Below are positions 1 to 8,410 of a DNA stretch of 36,167 nucleotides, one piece after another; the first letter of the stretch is position 1, and each line of letters opens with the position of its first letter. Both the position numbers and the translations under genes were made by a program. The notes beneath the pieces are model-generated. The model saw nothing but the letters and a program-made list of their open reading frames with translations, was not told where the DNA came from and did no database searches. Source of the stretch: a virus (lineage: Duplodnaviria; Caudoviricetes); the IMG/VR virus record IMGVR_UViG_3300015370_000007, positions 1 to 36,167 of that record, one strand, 5' to 3'.

Positions 1-123
1 CTGAATAAAGATCCTGTTTGAATAAAAATTTTAAAACTGATATCAATTCCTGGCATCATGAGACTGGTTGACTGAAAAAGAACTTCAAATCGATCAAAAG
101 AGGGAAAAATGTCATACATAGAA
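1..123. repeat. Terminal direct repeat, left copy (circular-contig overlap)
   Basis: Bases 1-123 are identical to 36045-36167, which gives a circle of 36,044 bp. Confidence 0.97.
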
Positions 124-522
124 AAATCACTGACAAAAGACGAAAAGATAGTGGAAAATTTTAAATATCATTCTTTCGTCTGGGTGCTGACCTGGTTCTA
201 TATTTTAATTTTCATAGTGGCTGCTATTCCGACTTTCGGAATTACATTGCTCGTTTCAATTTACATATTTTTCAGAACAAAAAGCGTTGAGCAGGGATTG
301 ACGACAAAAAGAGTGATCAGAAAAACAGGTGTGATCTCCAGAAAAACAGACGAAATGAAAATCACGGCCATAGAGACGGTCGAAATGAATCAAGGAGTGT
401 TTGGCAGGATATTCGGATACGGATTTGTTAAAATCACCGGGCGGGGAACTAGCAATCTGGTTCTGAGCTATGTCAGAAAACCGCTTGATGTTAAAAAAAG
501 AATTGAGGAAATGGCGGATTAA
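109..522 (+). CDS. Membrane protein with bacterial PH (bPH_2/YdbT-like) domain
   Basis: Two N-terminal hydrophobic helices, then a TTKRVIRKTGVISR...IETVEMNQGVFGRIFGYG pattern; GAGGG RBS. Confidence 0.8.
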   Translation: MSYIEKSLTKDEKIVENFKYHSFVWVLTWFYILIFIVAAIPTFGITLLVSIYIFFRTKSVEQGLTTKRVIRKTGVISRKTDEMKITAIETVEMNQGVFGRIFGYGFVKITGRGTSNLVLSYVRKPLDVKKRIEEMAD

Positions 523-528
523 TTCTTT

Positions 529-834
529 TTATGAATAATGACTGGGAAGCGGCCCACCGGAATAAAACTTATTAAGAGAATTAATAAGAAAACTGATTTC
601 GGAAAATTCCTTGTCTGTCTTGCGATCCTTTTCAATCAGCCTGTTTAATCGCTGCTCGATCACTAAAAAAGGGTCCGTTTCCTTCCAGCCAAACTGAACA
701 ACCCAGCGACAGATCGAAGTTCTGGACAACCTGGTCCCGAACTTCCTGTTTAATGTCTCGCAAATATCGTCGTAACAATAGCCGCAACGCAATAGTCTGA
801 AAGCCTCTGATCGGATTTCCTGGGAATGAGCCAT
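529..834 (-). CDS. Stand-alone HTH protein resembling the N-terminal domain of P2/HP1 gpP terminase
   Basis: MAHSQEIRSEAFRL..GY..DDICETL...RTSICRW..QFGW...IEQRLNRLIEKDRKTDKEFSEISFL follows the gpP N-terminal pattern as I recall it. Confidence 0.7.
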   Translation of the reverse strand: MAHSQEIRSEAFRLLRCGYCYDDICETLNRKFGTRLSRTSICRWVVQFGWKETDPFLVIEQRLNRLIEKDRKTDKEFSEISFLINSLNKFYSGGPLPSHYS

Positions 835-1135
835 AATAAAAAATCTAATAGTTGAAAAATATAAAAATAACAGGAAACAGTAAAAATAAATATATAAATC
901 CAGCTAGATAACAAAACAATAAAATACTTAATACGAATCAAATATTAAAAAAATTAATATAAAAGATCCGGAACTGTCAGCAGCAGATTAACAAATACAA
1001 AAATGGATTGCAACCGCTGGAGCCAGCAAAAATATACAATAAAACGATAAAAAAAATGAAAATACAAACTGTAAATGGCACAGAAAATGCGGAGATTTTG
1101 TGCAGTGGCGGGTGAGTGCTTTTTTTAAATTTTCC

Positions 1136-1250
1136 TTGACAAAACTGTGTAAGAATGTATAAGAACATATAAAACTATGTAATACTATGTAAATATAGTT
1201 AAAAACAAATAAATATAAATAAAACTAGACAAAACTATTTAATTATATGT
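1136..1250 (+). promoter_or_regulatory. Putative parA promoter with short repeats (operator or centromere candidate)
   Basis: TTGACA(1136)-16 bp-TATAAG; several AAAACT(A/G)T-like repeats in very AT-rich DNA upstream of parA. Confidence 0.45.
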
Positions 1251-1301
1251 AAAAATATATAGAATTAAACAATATTACATAACTTATTCAGGGGTGAACC
1301 C

Positions 1302-1946
1302 ATGATTATATTGTTCGGAGCAGAAAAAGGGGGTGTCGGTAAATCAACATTATCGACAAACCTGGCAGGAATGATGAGTAAAAGAAAGATGGACGTTTTA
1401 TTGATCGATGCAGATCCCCAGCCCTCAGCCTCAAACTGGGTTGAACGACGAGGAGACGATCCGGAATTAATAGGCGTTACCTGTATTCGATTGCTTGGCA
1501 ATAAGATCGCCAAACAAATACTGGCACAGGCTGAAAAATACGAACAGATTATCATTGATACCGGCGGGCGTGACTCTGACGAATTGCGGGCGTCGATGGT
1601 TGTTGCTGATAAATTATATATTCCGTTGAAACCCAGCCAGCCAGACGCCGAGACCCTGGTGAAAATGGAACGGAACATCGAAGCCGCTGGAACATTCAGA
1701 GAGCGTGAATTAATCACAAAGGTGATCATTTCAATGGCTAGCACAAACGCTAAAGTCAGGGAATACGAGGAGTTGATCGAAGTGCTGGAAGACTTTGAAA
1801 ACATCGGCCTGGTTGAAAAGATCGTCAAGGAAAGAAAAATTTATAGAGACGCTTTTAAACTTGGCAGGACCGTCGAGGAGGTTTTCCCTCTCGATAAAAA
1901 AGCACTGAACGAAATCGAGGATATTTTCAAGGAGGTTCTGTCATGA
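1302..1946 (+). CDS. parA: Plasmid partition ATPase ParA (short, type Ib-like)
   Basis: Deviant Walker A KGGVGKST, IDADPQ, IIIDTGG; 214 aa with no N-terminal HTH. Confidence 0.93.
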   Translation: MIILFGAEKGGVGKSTLSTNLAGMMSKRKMDVLLIDADPQPSASNWVERRGDDPELIGVTCIRLLGNKIAKQILAQAEKYEQIIIDTGGRDSDELRASMVVADKLYIPLKPSQPDAETLVKMERNIEAAGTFRERELITKVIISMASTNAKVREYEELIEVLEDFENIGLVEKIVKERKIYRDAFKLGRTVEEVFPLDKKALNEIEDIFKEVLS

Positions 1947-2275
1947 AAAAAACAGAAAAGAAAAAGATTACCCTGAAAAAGGACCAGGCCATTGATTTAA
2001 ACGGGGCTCAAAGTTTTATAGATCAAGGTGCTAATTCTGTCCCGGTAAAAGAAACCCCAAAAAAAGAAAAGCCTGTAAAAAACGTGTATCCCTGGGAGAA
2101 TGAAACCCTTGACCTTAAAAAATTGACCCAGGTCCCGACTGTTTCAATACCGCTTGAGTATGCCCTGAAACTCGAATATATCAGGCAACAGATAGGATTC
2201 ACAAAGCAAAGTGTCTGTCGTAATGCGATAATTGAGCGGATAGACCAGATCCTCGATGAACACATTAAAAAATAG
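1943..2275 (+). CDS. Putative centromere-binding partner of ParA (ParG-like, RHH-type)
   Basis: ATGA overlap with parA; basic flexible N-terminus and a C-terminal strand-helix-helix pattern (PTVSIPLEYALKLEYIRQQIG..KQSVCRNAI). Confidence 0.6.
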   Translation: MKKTEKKKITLKKDQAIDLNGAQSFIDQGANSVPVKETPKKEKPVKNVYPWENETLDLKKLTQVPTVSIPLEYALKLEYIRQQIGFTKQSVCRNAIIERIDQILDEHIKK

Positions 2276-2283
2276 AGGTAAAT

Positions 2284-2475
2284 ATGAGCAACGATATCAC
2301 AGACAAAAACCTGGAAACGATCGCCGAGCTGGAGTGTATCGTCTCGGTTATTGTCTCCCTGGGAAAAGATCAGGTCGGAGATTTTATCAAGTCAAAATCT
2401 GTTGATATGAATCTCCTCGGCCGCTATATGGAAGTAAAAAAAGAGACCATGAAAAGGTTTAGGGCTGACATATAA
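2284..2475 (+). CDS. Small hypothetical protein
   Basis: GAGG RBS; lies 8 bp after the par partner gene. Confidence 0.55.
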   Translation: MSNDITDKNLETIAELECIVSVIVSLGKDQVGDFIKSKSVDMNLLGRYMEVKKETMKRFRADI

Positions 2476-2538
2476 GTTTATTTATAAACATTTTTTAATT
2501 AAAAAAGCGAAATAATGTATATTTATGCTTTTTTATGC

Positions 2539-2567
2539 TTGACATAGTTGTTTTAGACGGGCATGAT
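2539..2567 (+). promoter_or_regulatory. Putative sigma70 promoter for the accessory operon
   Basis: TTGACA-17 bp-CATGAT. Confidence 0.45.
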
Positions 2568-2625
2568 TAAATTATAGATTAACACAAAGTTAATCATCCG
2601 GCCCGGCGGCACCTGGAAACTCCGA

Positions 2626-2946
2626 ATGGAGCAAGCAATGATCGAAATCATGATCTTCATCCCTCTCAAAGACAACGACAAAAAGTCGTTTTCATCTTCT
2701 TATCATGCTCAATTCGAGCAAGAAGTCCTAAAACTGGTTGGTGGCTTAACACGCTACAGCGGAACAAATCAAGGTATGTGGGCCGATAATGGCAAGGTTT
2801 ACACTGATGATATCAGGGTTTACGGCATTGCCATTAACAGCATTGCAGACGGCGGGAAAATCGGCCAAATTGCAGAGCTGGCAAAATCACACTACCGGCA
2901 GGAAGCCGTTTATATCAAGTATCTCGGATTAGCTGAGATCATCTAA
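2626..2946 (+). CDS. Hypothetical protein, possibly ferredoxin-like/DUF3574-like fold (start may be ATG 2638)
   Basis: IPLKDND...F..EVL...GGLT.....GMW...G.VY.D...Y.QEAV pattern; GGAG upstream of the second Met. Confidence 0.6.
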   Translation: MEQAMIEIMIFIPLKDNDKKSFSSSYHAQFEQEVLKLVGGLTRYSGTNQGMWADNGKVYTDDIRVYGIAINSIADGGKIGQIAELAKSHYRQEAVYIKYLGLAEII

Positions 2947-2988
2947 GCCACCCGGCCCCGGAAACGGGGCTTTACTGGAGATAAAAAA

Positions 2989-3768
2989 ATGAAATATACG
3001 ACAATCAAAGGCGAAACGATAGAATTCAAGCCAAGCCAAGCGGAAAAAGCATATATTGAAAAACTGGAAGGTGCGGCCAGCGATTCCGCTGTGACTGAAG
3101 ATCAAATGATTGACTTTATCTGGAGCGTTGACAATCCGGTCTTGAAAAACGGACCAAACAATAAAAAAGGATATGCAGACAAGGAGACTTATCAAAACCT
3201 AGCTTTTCGCGTCATGCTGGATTTAGAAGACCGAAAGCGGATTAAGTTAGGATCCTTGGATTTGAACCTATCCAGGGGGAAATATACGTTGACTGTTCCG
3301 GAAGCTGCCCTGGAATTAGGTATCCACGAAACATCAGTCCGCAAGGCTATTTTGAATAAACGCCTGGACGGTTGGCAAGACAAGCCAGGCAGCCCATATT
3401 TTTTAAATCCAGATTCTGTTGCATCGTATAAGATCAGCAACCGGGGAGCCAGGGCGGCAAAGCAAATACTTAAAGCCAGGTTTGGCAATCATGGCGGGTA
3501 TTCATTCAGAATTAAGCCGGATTTGGTCGATACAAAGCGAGTAATAGAACAGGTCATCGAGGGCCGGTTAAAGCCTTTTTCAGGCTGTTCTGTGCTGGTT
3601 TGTGGCGATAAGAAATGCACCTATTATGAGCTTGCACCAGGCAATGAAGAAAACCGGATCGATATAAAGGAATTTTTCGTTACTGGCCGGTTTAGTGTAA
3701 AAAGAAAAATAAACAATACCAGGCAAGCGAGAGAAGCCTTTAAAAGCTATAATCCTGCGGTGGTATAA
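2989..3768 (+). CDS. Protein with a central excisionase/MerR-like HTH
   Basis: LTVPEAALELGIHETSVRKAILNKRLDG; GGAG RBS. Confidence 0.72.
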   Translation: MKYTTIKGETIEFKPSQAEKAYIEKLEGAASDSAVTEDQMIDFIWSVDNPVLKNGPNNKKGYADKETYQNLAFRVMLDLEDRKRIKLGSLDLNLSRGKYTLTVPEAALELGIHETSVRKAILNKRLDGWQDKPGSPYFLNPDSVASYKISNRGARAAKQILKARFGNHGGYSFRIKPDLVDTKRVIEQVIEGRLKPFSGCSVLVCGDKKCTYYELAPGNEENRIDIKEFFVTGRFSVKRKINNTRQAREAFKSYNPAVV

Positions 3769-3798
3769 TAATATTTACAACCATACCTGAGAGGGAAA

Positions 3799-4143
3799 AT
3801 GTCATCTTGCGAATTGGATTTTGAAACAGGCGATTGTGATCAGGTTGCTATGTATTCAGCAAAGATCGTCAAGGGTCGGAAAGATTATAAGTGCGCTGAA
3901 TGCGGCGACCATATCCCGAATGGAACCCCGCACGAATCAGCAAGCGGTCTGTCTGATGGTGAATGGTGGAATTATAGGACCTGTCTAGCCTGCAAAGAGA
4001 TAAGGGACGAATTCACAAAGAACGGCTTTATTTTTGGGAGTCTCTGGGAAGCTATGAATGAAGATTGTCAAGAAATGCCGCTTGGCAGCCTAGAGATATT
4101 TTCTCCGCATGCACAACAAAAATTAACAGCTATGTTAGGATAA
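3799..4143 (+). CDS. Small phage-type zinc-finger protein
   Basis: GRKDYKCAECG...RTCLAC, two CxxC pairs; GAGGG RBS. Confidence 0.7.
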   Translation: MSSCELDFETGDCDQVAMYSAKIVKGRKDYKCAECGDHIPNGTPHESASGLSDGEWWNYRTCLACKEIRDEFTKNGFIFGSLWEAMNEDCQEMPLGSLEIFSPHAQQKLTAMLG

Positions 4144-4152
4144 TCAAGGGGA

Positions 4153-4707
4153 ATGATGAAAACAGGTACAAAATCAGTTTTATTCGGTGTCCACCAGGTT
4201 ATTATACACCCGTTAATGGTGCTGTGGGCTTGGCTGATCATCTATCGATCATGGCCTAATTTATATGAACTGGCAGCGATCCTGACACATGATTTAGGCT
4301 ATTGGGGCCAGCCAAACATGGACGGTCCAGAAGGCGAAAACCATCCAGAAATTTCAGCCGGTTGGTGGCGTGGTCGGTTTAATGGCTTCGGTGACAAAGT
4401 GGCGAATGAAATTATAGGTCATTCCAGATTTCATGCAAAAACATCCGGTTTGCCTCTCTCAAAACTGTTCCGGCCTGACAAAATGGCAACCGCTCTTTAT
4501 CCCCGGTGGCTTTATTTGATCCTTGCCAATCTAAGCGGGGAGATTCGCGAATACATGCGGCTATGTGATGAAGATAAACACAAAAACGTCATGAGTCACC
4601 CTGAATCACAGATACAGTGGCTTTTAGAGGTACAAGCACACTTGGCGTTAATGGGGATCAAGGGCGACCAATATCAGCCTGTAAAAGAGCAGATGAAAGG
4701 ACCCTGA
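4153..4707 (+). CDS. HD-like metal-binding hypothetical protein
   Basis: H...H, THDLGYW, H, HSR, DK spacing resembles an HD-domain metal site. Confidence 0.55.
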   Translation: MMKTGTKSVLFGVHQVIIHPLMVLWAWLIIYRSWPNLYELAAILTHDLGYWGQPNMDGPEGENHPEISAGWWRGRFNGFGDKVANEIIGHSRFHAKTSGLPLSKLFRPDKMATALYPRWLYLILANLSGEIREYMRLCDEDKHKNVMSHPESQIQWLLEVQAHLALMGIKGDQYQPVKEQMKGP

Positions 4708-4746
4708 TAAATGTATTGGTAATATTCCTTATAACCAGGTTGAATA

Positions 4747-4917
4747 ATGGACAAAGATTCGATAAACGAAAGTTTTAAGGATGCTGTTTATCTGGCTTGG
4801 AATACCTTTAAATCAGCAGAATCCAGCCGAGAGTTAACCCCGGAAGAAATCAAGGTTAGAGATATTTGTAGAAAGGCTATAGATAAAAAAGTAAATTACA
4901 TCCACAAAGAAACATGA
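4747..4917 (+). CDS. 56-aa hypothetical protein (not in the ORF track)
   Basis: MDKDSINESFKDAVYLAW...HKET; its stop overlaps the next ATG (ATGA), consistent with translational coupling. Confidence 0.55.
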   Translation: MDKDSINESFKDAVYLAWNTFKSAESSRELTPEEIKVRDICRKAIDKKVNYIHKET

Positions 4918-5723
4918 ATAAAATAATGCACGGCGGAGCCAGGGCCGGGGCTGGGCGAAAAGGCAAGTATAAGGAACCGACAAAACCGGTCCGGATTCCT
5001 GTCTCAAAATTGCCCGCTGTTTTTGAATTACTCGAAAGCGTACAGAATCAAGATATCATCGGAGAATACAGTTTGATTGAGTCTTATCTGTATCATATGG
5101 CTACTGAAAAAAAGGTTTACCTGTGTGAATGGTTTGAAGGTGCGAACGAATCCGGGGTGAAAATACCTATGGGATTTATGAAGTACAGCGGAAGTCTCCG
5201 GGACGATTTCGAGGAGTACAAAGGCGAAAACCTTGATCTTGATAACGTACAAAATCAAAAACAGCCTAACCAGGTTGATCACCTGGTTGATAAAATTATG
5301 ACTAACATGTCCGGGAAAAGCGAAACATTCAAAAAAGCCCTGGCTGGTGAATTCCTTTTTAGGCAAACCTGCAAATCACTGGATTTGATGTCACAGAATG
5401 AACAACTTATGTTTGCTACCCGGATTATAGAGCGATATCAGCCAGGCGAACAGGTCCAGTCTGAAACGGATTCAGAATCATTCCGCCGTGCATATGATAA
5501 AATAGGATCTGGACGTCATTATGTGACGATTTATGACCTTCGATCTGCTCTTGGATGGCCTGTTGATCGTTTTGATTCAGTGCTTGTTAGCCTGGCTAAA
5601 AATGGGGATATCATTTTACAGGGCGGCGATCCGTCAACACTGACCTCTGATCAAATAAGCCAGTCATACATGGACGGTGACTATTTACGGGTTGCCGTCA
5701 GTTGGTCAAAAGACAAACTTTAA
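4914..5723 (+). CDS. Putative DNA-binding protein (N-terminal GGAR.GAGRK motif, C-terminal winged-helix-like domain)
   Basis: HGGARAGAGRKGKYKEPTKPVRIPVS; VTIYDLRSALGWPVDRFDSVLVSL. Confidence 0.65.
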   Translation: MNKIMHGGARAGAGRKGKYKEPTKPVRIPVSKLPAVFELLESVQNQDIIGEYSLIESYLYHMATEKKVYLCEWFEGANESGVKIPMGFMKYSGSLRDDFEEYKGENLDLDNVQNQKQPNQVDHLVDKIMTNMSGKSETFKKALAGEFLFRQTCKSLDLMSQNEQLMFATRIIERYQPGEQVQSETDSESFRRAYDKIGSGRHYVTIYDLRSALGWPVDRFDSVLVSLAKNGDIILQGGDPSTLTSDQISQSYMDGDYLRVAVSWSKDKL

Positions 5724-5745
5724 ATAAATTGGAGAGGATAAACGG

Positions 5746-5868
5746 ATGAAAAAGGTTGTTAAATTAGCTTTGTTACCAATCCTCGGACCTCCCGCAATCA
5801 TTTTTTTGGTGGTAGGTATAGGGTGTCTTTGGATGTTCGAAAAGACTCGGTTTGTATTTTTTGAATAA
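5746..5868 (+). CDS. 40-aa single-TM peptide (not in the ORF track)
   Basis: MKKVVKLALLPILGPPAIIFLVVGIGCLWMFEKTRFVFFE with a GGAGAGGA RBS. Confidence 0.5.
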   Translation: MKKVVKLALLPILGPPAIIFLVVGIGCLWMFEKTRFVFFE

Positions 5869-6061
5869 ACGCTAAACATTTGGAGTTATCAAGCGAGAAG
5901 AAAGGAAGTGGAGCCCGGCCAGATTGCAGCCGGGCCGTGTTACTAATCGAAGTCTATGTCTGCAATTATTTTCAGCATCAATAAAACTAAAGCCTTGAAA
6001 ATCATAAATAAAACGGATTTTACTTGCTTTTTATTTTTGCTTATGGAAAATATTAGCAGTC

Positions 6062-6230
6062 GACTTTTCTGTGAAAAAAGGTCTTTCAATAGGCCCTCCA
6101 CGGAGGAGATTGACAATCGGGTGGGATTTTTAACCAGCTCTGCTAGGAGTTATTCAGTTAAAAATCCCACGGTTAAAACTGCCTCCCAAGTGTCCCGCAG
6201 ATACTTCCACGGTCCTTTCGAAAAACAGTC
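6062..6230 (-). ncRNA. Putative rod-like structured RNA (or ssDNA hairpin), about 170 nt
   Basis: Perfect 14-bp inverted repeat 6121-6134/6157-6170, extended by further helices that pair via G-U on the minus strand. Confidence 0.4.
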
Positions 6231-6513
6231 TTTGAGAAATAGATCATTTTCATGTGAAGTGCAATTATTTATTTTGAGAAAGCGCTTTATTTATTCAAAT
6301 CACAGAATAACTGAACTTTTGTACTCTTTCTCCCGGTCTATTTAGGATATCGTACAGCAAAAATAGTTAAAAATAATGTTTCACGGTGTTTCACGGAAAG
6401 AAAAAACATTATTCTAAACCGCCCCAAAAATCACAATTGATTTACACACGCTCGGGTGGCCGGAAAACGGGCGTTTAATTTCTGCTTTCATCGACTCAAA
6501 AACCATTAGAATT

Positions 6514-6726
6514 ATGAGCCCAGGTTACAGGTGGAAAACATTTATTTTGAATTCTGGCGGTCCTGAGATGGTTTATACAGGCAGGCAGGATAGACAAGGT
6601 AAATGGATCATGCAAATCGAGACTGACCAGGGCAACGTTGAAATGTCGTTTGCTCCTGAAACAATAACATTGATTGATAAGCCCAAAAAAAGAATAGAAG
6701 CTGACTATCTGAAACTGACCGTCTAA
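6514..6726 (+). CDS. Small YodC/DUF2158-like protein
   Basis: LNSGGPEMVYT...W.....SFAPETI resembles the family motif LKSGGP.MTV..W...F.E.L. Confidence 0.5.
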   Translation: MSPGYRWKTFILNSGGPEMVYTGRQDRQGKWIMQIETDQGNVEMSFAPETITLIDKPKKRIEADYLKLTV

Positions 6727-6780
6727 AAAACCCCTTTTCAAACCGGCCAGCTAGGCCGCAAAAAGCAAGGGGCATTTTTC
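6725..6780 (-). terminator. Hairpin and U-tract between convergent genes
   Basis: Minus strand CCCCTT...GGCC-TAGCT-GGCC...AAGGGG followed by TTTTTT. Confidence 0.5.
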
Positions 6781-6830
6781 TGGAATCCACCCTCTAAAAA
6801 ACAGTTGTTTTATAGACAGGTAAATAAAAA

Positions 6831-7433
6831 TCATGTTTTATTTTTATTAGGATCATAGATTGCCCAATCAGAATTATTAAAAAGACTTACATCAGACACA
6901 GATCCACTAGAGACATATGTCGAATTGGTAATTGGGGGAATAGGGGCGGGGCGATTAAACGGTGATTTGTCATTCGGCAAATTGGAGGGGTTTTGAAATT
7001 CGGAAATTCTTTTTTGATATTGTTCAAAGGAATGTGGGTTGTTTCTCCACTCCTCGTCTAAGACAATGTAAAATGGTTTGTCTGTCTGTTTGGCGGAATC
7101 CTCTTTAGGTATGGAATCTTGTTTGATAAACGTTTCTTTATCCCCATTTATTACATTAAAAAGTGTTGTCACTTGTTCATATTGTTTTGGTAAACGTCGT
7201 TCGAATTTGATTAGAGCTTCGTCTGAAGTTACCCAAATACTTAAAACCATATAAGGTATCGCTATAACAACAAAAACGACATTTTTCCCAATACGCCCTA
7301 TTCTTCTTAATATTTTCTTGTCTGCAGGTGAAGGAGGTTCTCCGAAATAGATTTCTTTGCTTTCAGCTCCTATTTCTTCTAAGTCTTTTTTGAATGTTTT
7401 TCGTATTTGTTTTTTTAAAGATTCTTCGTCCAT
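6831..7433 (-). CDS. AT-rich single-TM hypothetical protein (moron-like)
   Basis: 200-aa ORF with hydrophobic segment VVFVVIAIPYMVLSIWV; low GC. Confidence 0.7.
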   Translation of the reverse strand: MDEESLKKQIRKTFKKDLEEIGAESKEIYFGEPPSPADKKILRRIGRIGKNVVFVVIAIPYMVLSIWVTSDEALIKFERRLPKQYEQVTTLFNVINGDKETFIKQDSIPKEDSAKQTDKPFYIVLDEEWRNNPHSFEQYQKRISEFQNPSNLPNDKSPFNRPAPIPPITNSTYVSSGSVSDVSLFNNSDWAIYDPNKNKT

Positions 7434-7449
7434 AATGAACCACCAAGAG

Positions 7450-7481
7450 AAATAGGTTTTGATTGAGCTAAAAACTTATTT
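7450..7481. promoter_or_regulatory. Inverted repeat upstream of the resolvase (res subsite or operator candidate)
   Basis: AAATAGGTTTT-10 bp-AAAACTTATTT, one mismatch. Confidence 0.35.
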
Positions 7482-7534
7482 TTATAATATTTGTAGTCTA
7501 ATTTATTCAAATTGGCAATTTGTGATTATAAGGC

Positions 7535-8149
7535 ATGAAAAAACAAAAACGTTGTGTCATCTATACCAGAGTGTCAACCGAGGATCAGAAACTTGATCAA
7601 CAGGTTTATGAGCTGAAAGAGTTCGCAAAACAACGAGGATGGAAAGTCGCCAAGGTATTCGAGGAAAAGAGGTCGGCAGCTGACAAAGAGCGGCCAGGAC
7701 TCAAAAAGGCTGTTGATCTGGCCCGGGAACGAAAAGTCGACGTCTTCCTGGTTTGGAAGTTTGACCGCTTCGCCAGGTCTGTCTCGATGCTGGTCAATAC
7801 CCTGGAGGAGTTCAACGGCCTGGGCGTCGAGTTTGTCTCCCTGAAAGACAAGATCGACACAACGACGTCGGTCGGAAAAATGACATTTGCCGTGATCGCT
7901 GCAATGGCTGAAATGGAACGCGATATCATGTCGGAAAGGATCAAAGCCGGGATCGAGGCCCGGAGGAGATCCGGCAAGCAGATCGGGAGACCGTCGAAGG
8001 GGGAGAAGCTAAGATATCAGATAATGGGGCTTAGAGTTCAGCAGTTGAGCTATGGCGAGATAGGCCGGCGGCTTAAAGTTCATACGTCGACCGTTTCTGG
8101 AGTTATCAAGAAATATGGGGAGCCAGGAGAAGTGCAGACAGCGTTTTGA
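7535..8149 (+). CDS. Small serine recombinase (resolvase/invertase family)
   Basis: YTRVST catalytic Ser, DRFARS, AEMERDIMSERIKAG, C-terminal HTH; 204 aa, so not a large serine integrase. Confidence 0.95.
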   Translation: MKKQKRCVIYTRVSTEDQKLDQQVYELKEFAKQRGWKVAKVFEEKRSAADKERPGLKKAVDLARERKVDVFLVWKFDRFARSVSMLVNTLEEFNGLGVEFVSLKDKIDTTTSVGKMTFAVIAAMAEMERDIMSERIKAGIEARRRSGKQIGRPSKGEKLRYQIMGLRVQQLSYGEIGRRLKVHTSTVSGVIKKYGEPGEVQTAF

Positions 8150-8188
8150 TCTCGTTAACCCCCTCAAGTTGGGGAGGATTAACGAGAT
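8149..8188. terminator. Hairpin directly after the resolvase stop
   Basis: ATCTCGTTAA/TTAACGAGAT outer stem with an inner C-rich/G-rich stem; no clear U-tract. Confidence 0.45.
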
Positions 8189-8410
8189 GTGTGCGGATAT
8201 CGTAGGAATGAAAAGACCTATTATTCCAAAAAATAAGGTTTAACCAGGTGCGTTGCCGGCGGCGCGATCGCTACGAATACAGCAGAAAAAAACCGGAGGC
8301 CTTTGGGCTCAGGGATCCGCAAAAATCCGACAATCCCCGTAAAACCAGCGTTTATAAATTTACGAATCTCGTTTAACATCCAGCCGCAAACTCTTTTATT
8401 TTATTGGCGG

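Noticed and set aside
1-123. Biological terminal repeat or att site
   Set aside because: The exact overlap cuts through the start of a gene, typical of an assembler's circular overlap; no integrase is present.
750-1168. Two 63-aa hydrophobic ORFs
   Set aside because: The hydrophobicity follows from reading the T-rich strand of an A-rich regulatory region.
5956-6345. 129-aa ORF
   Set aside because: No RBS or motif, and it overlaps the strong inverted-repeat structure; probably non-coding.
7535-8149. Phage integrase
   Set aside because: At 204 aa with a C-terminal HTH it is resolvase/invertase type and lacks the recombinase and zinc-ribbon domains of large serine integrases.
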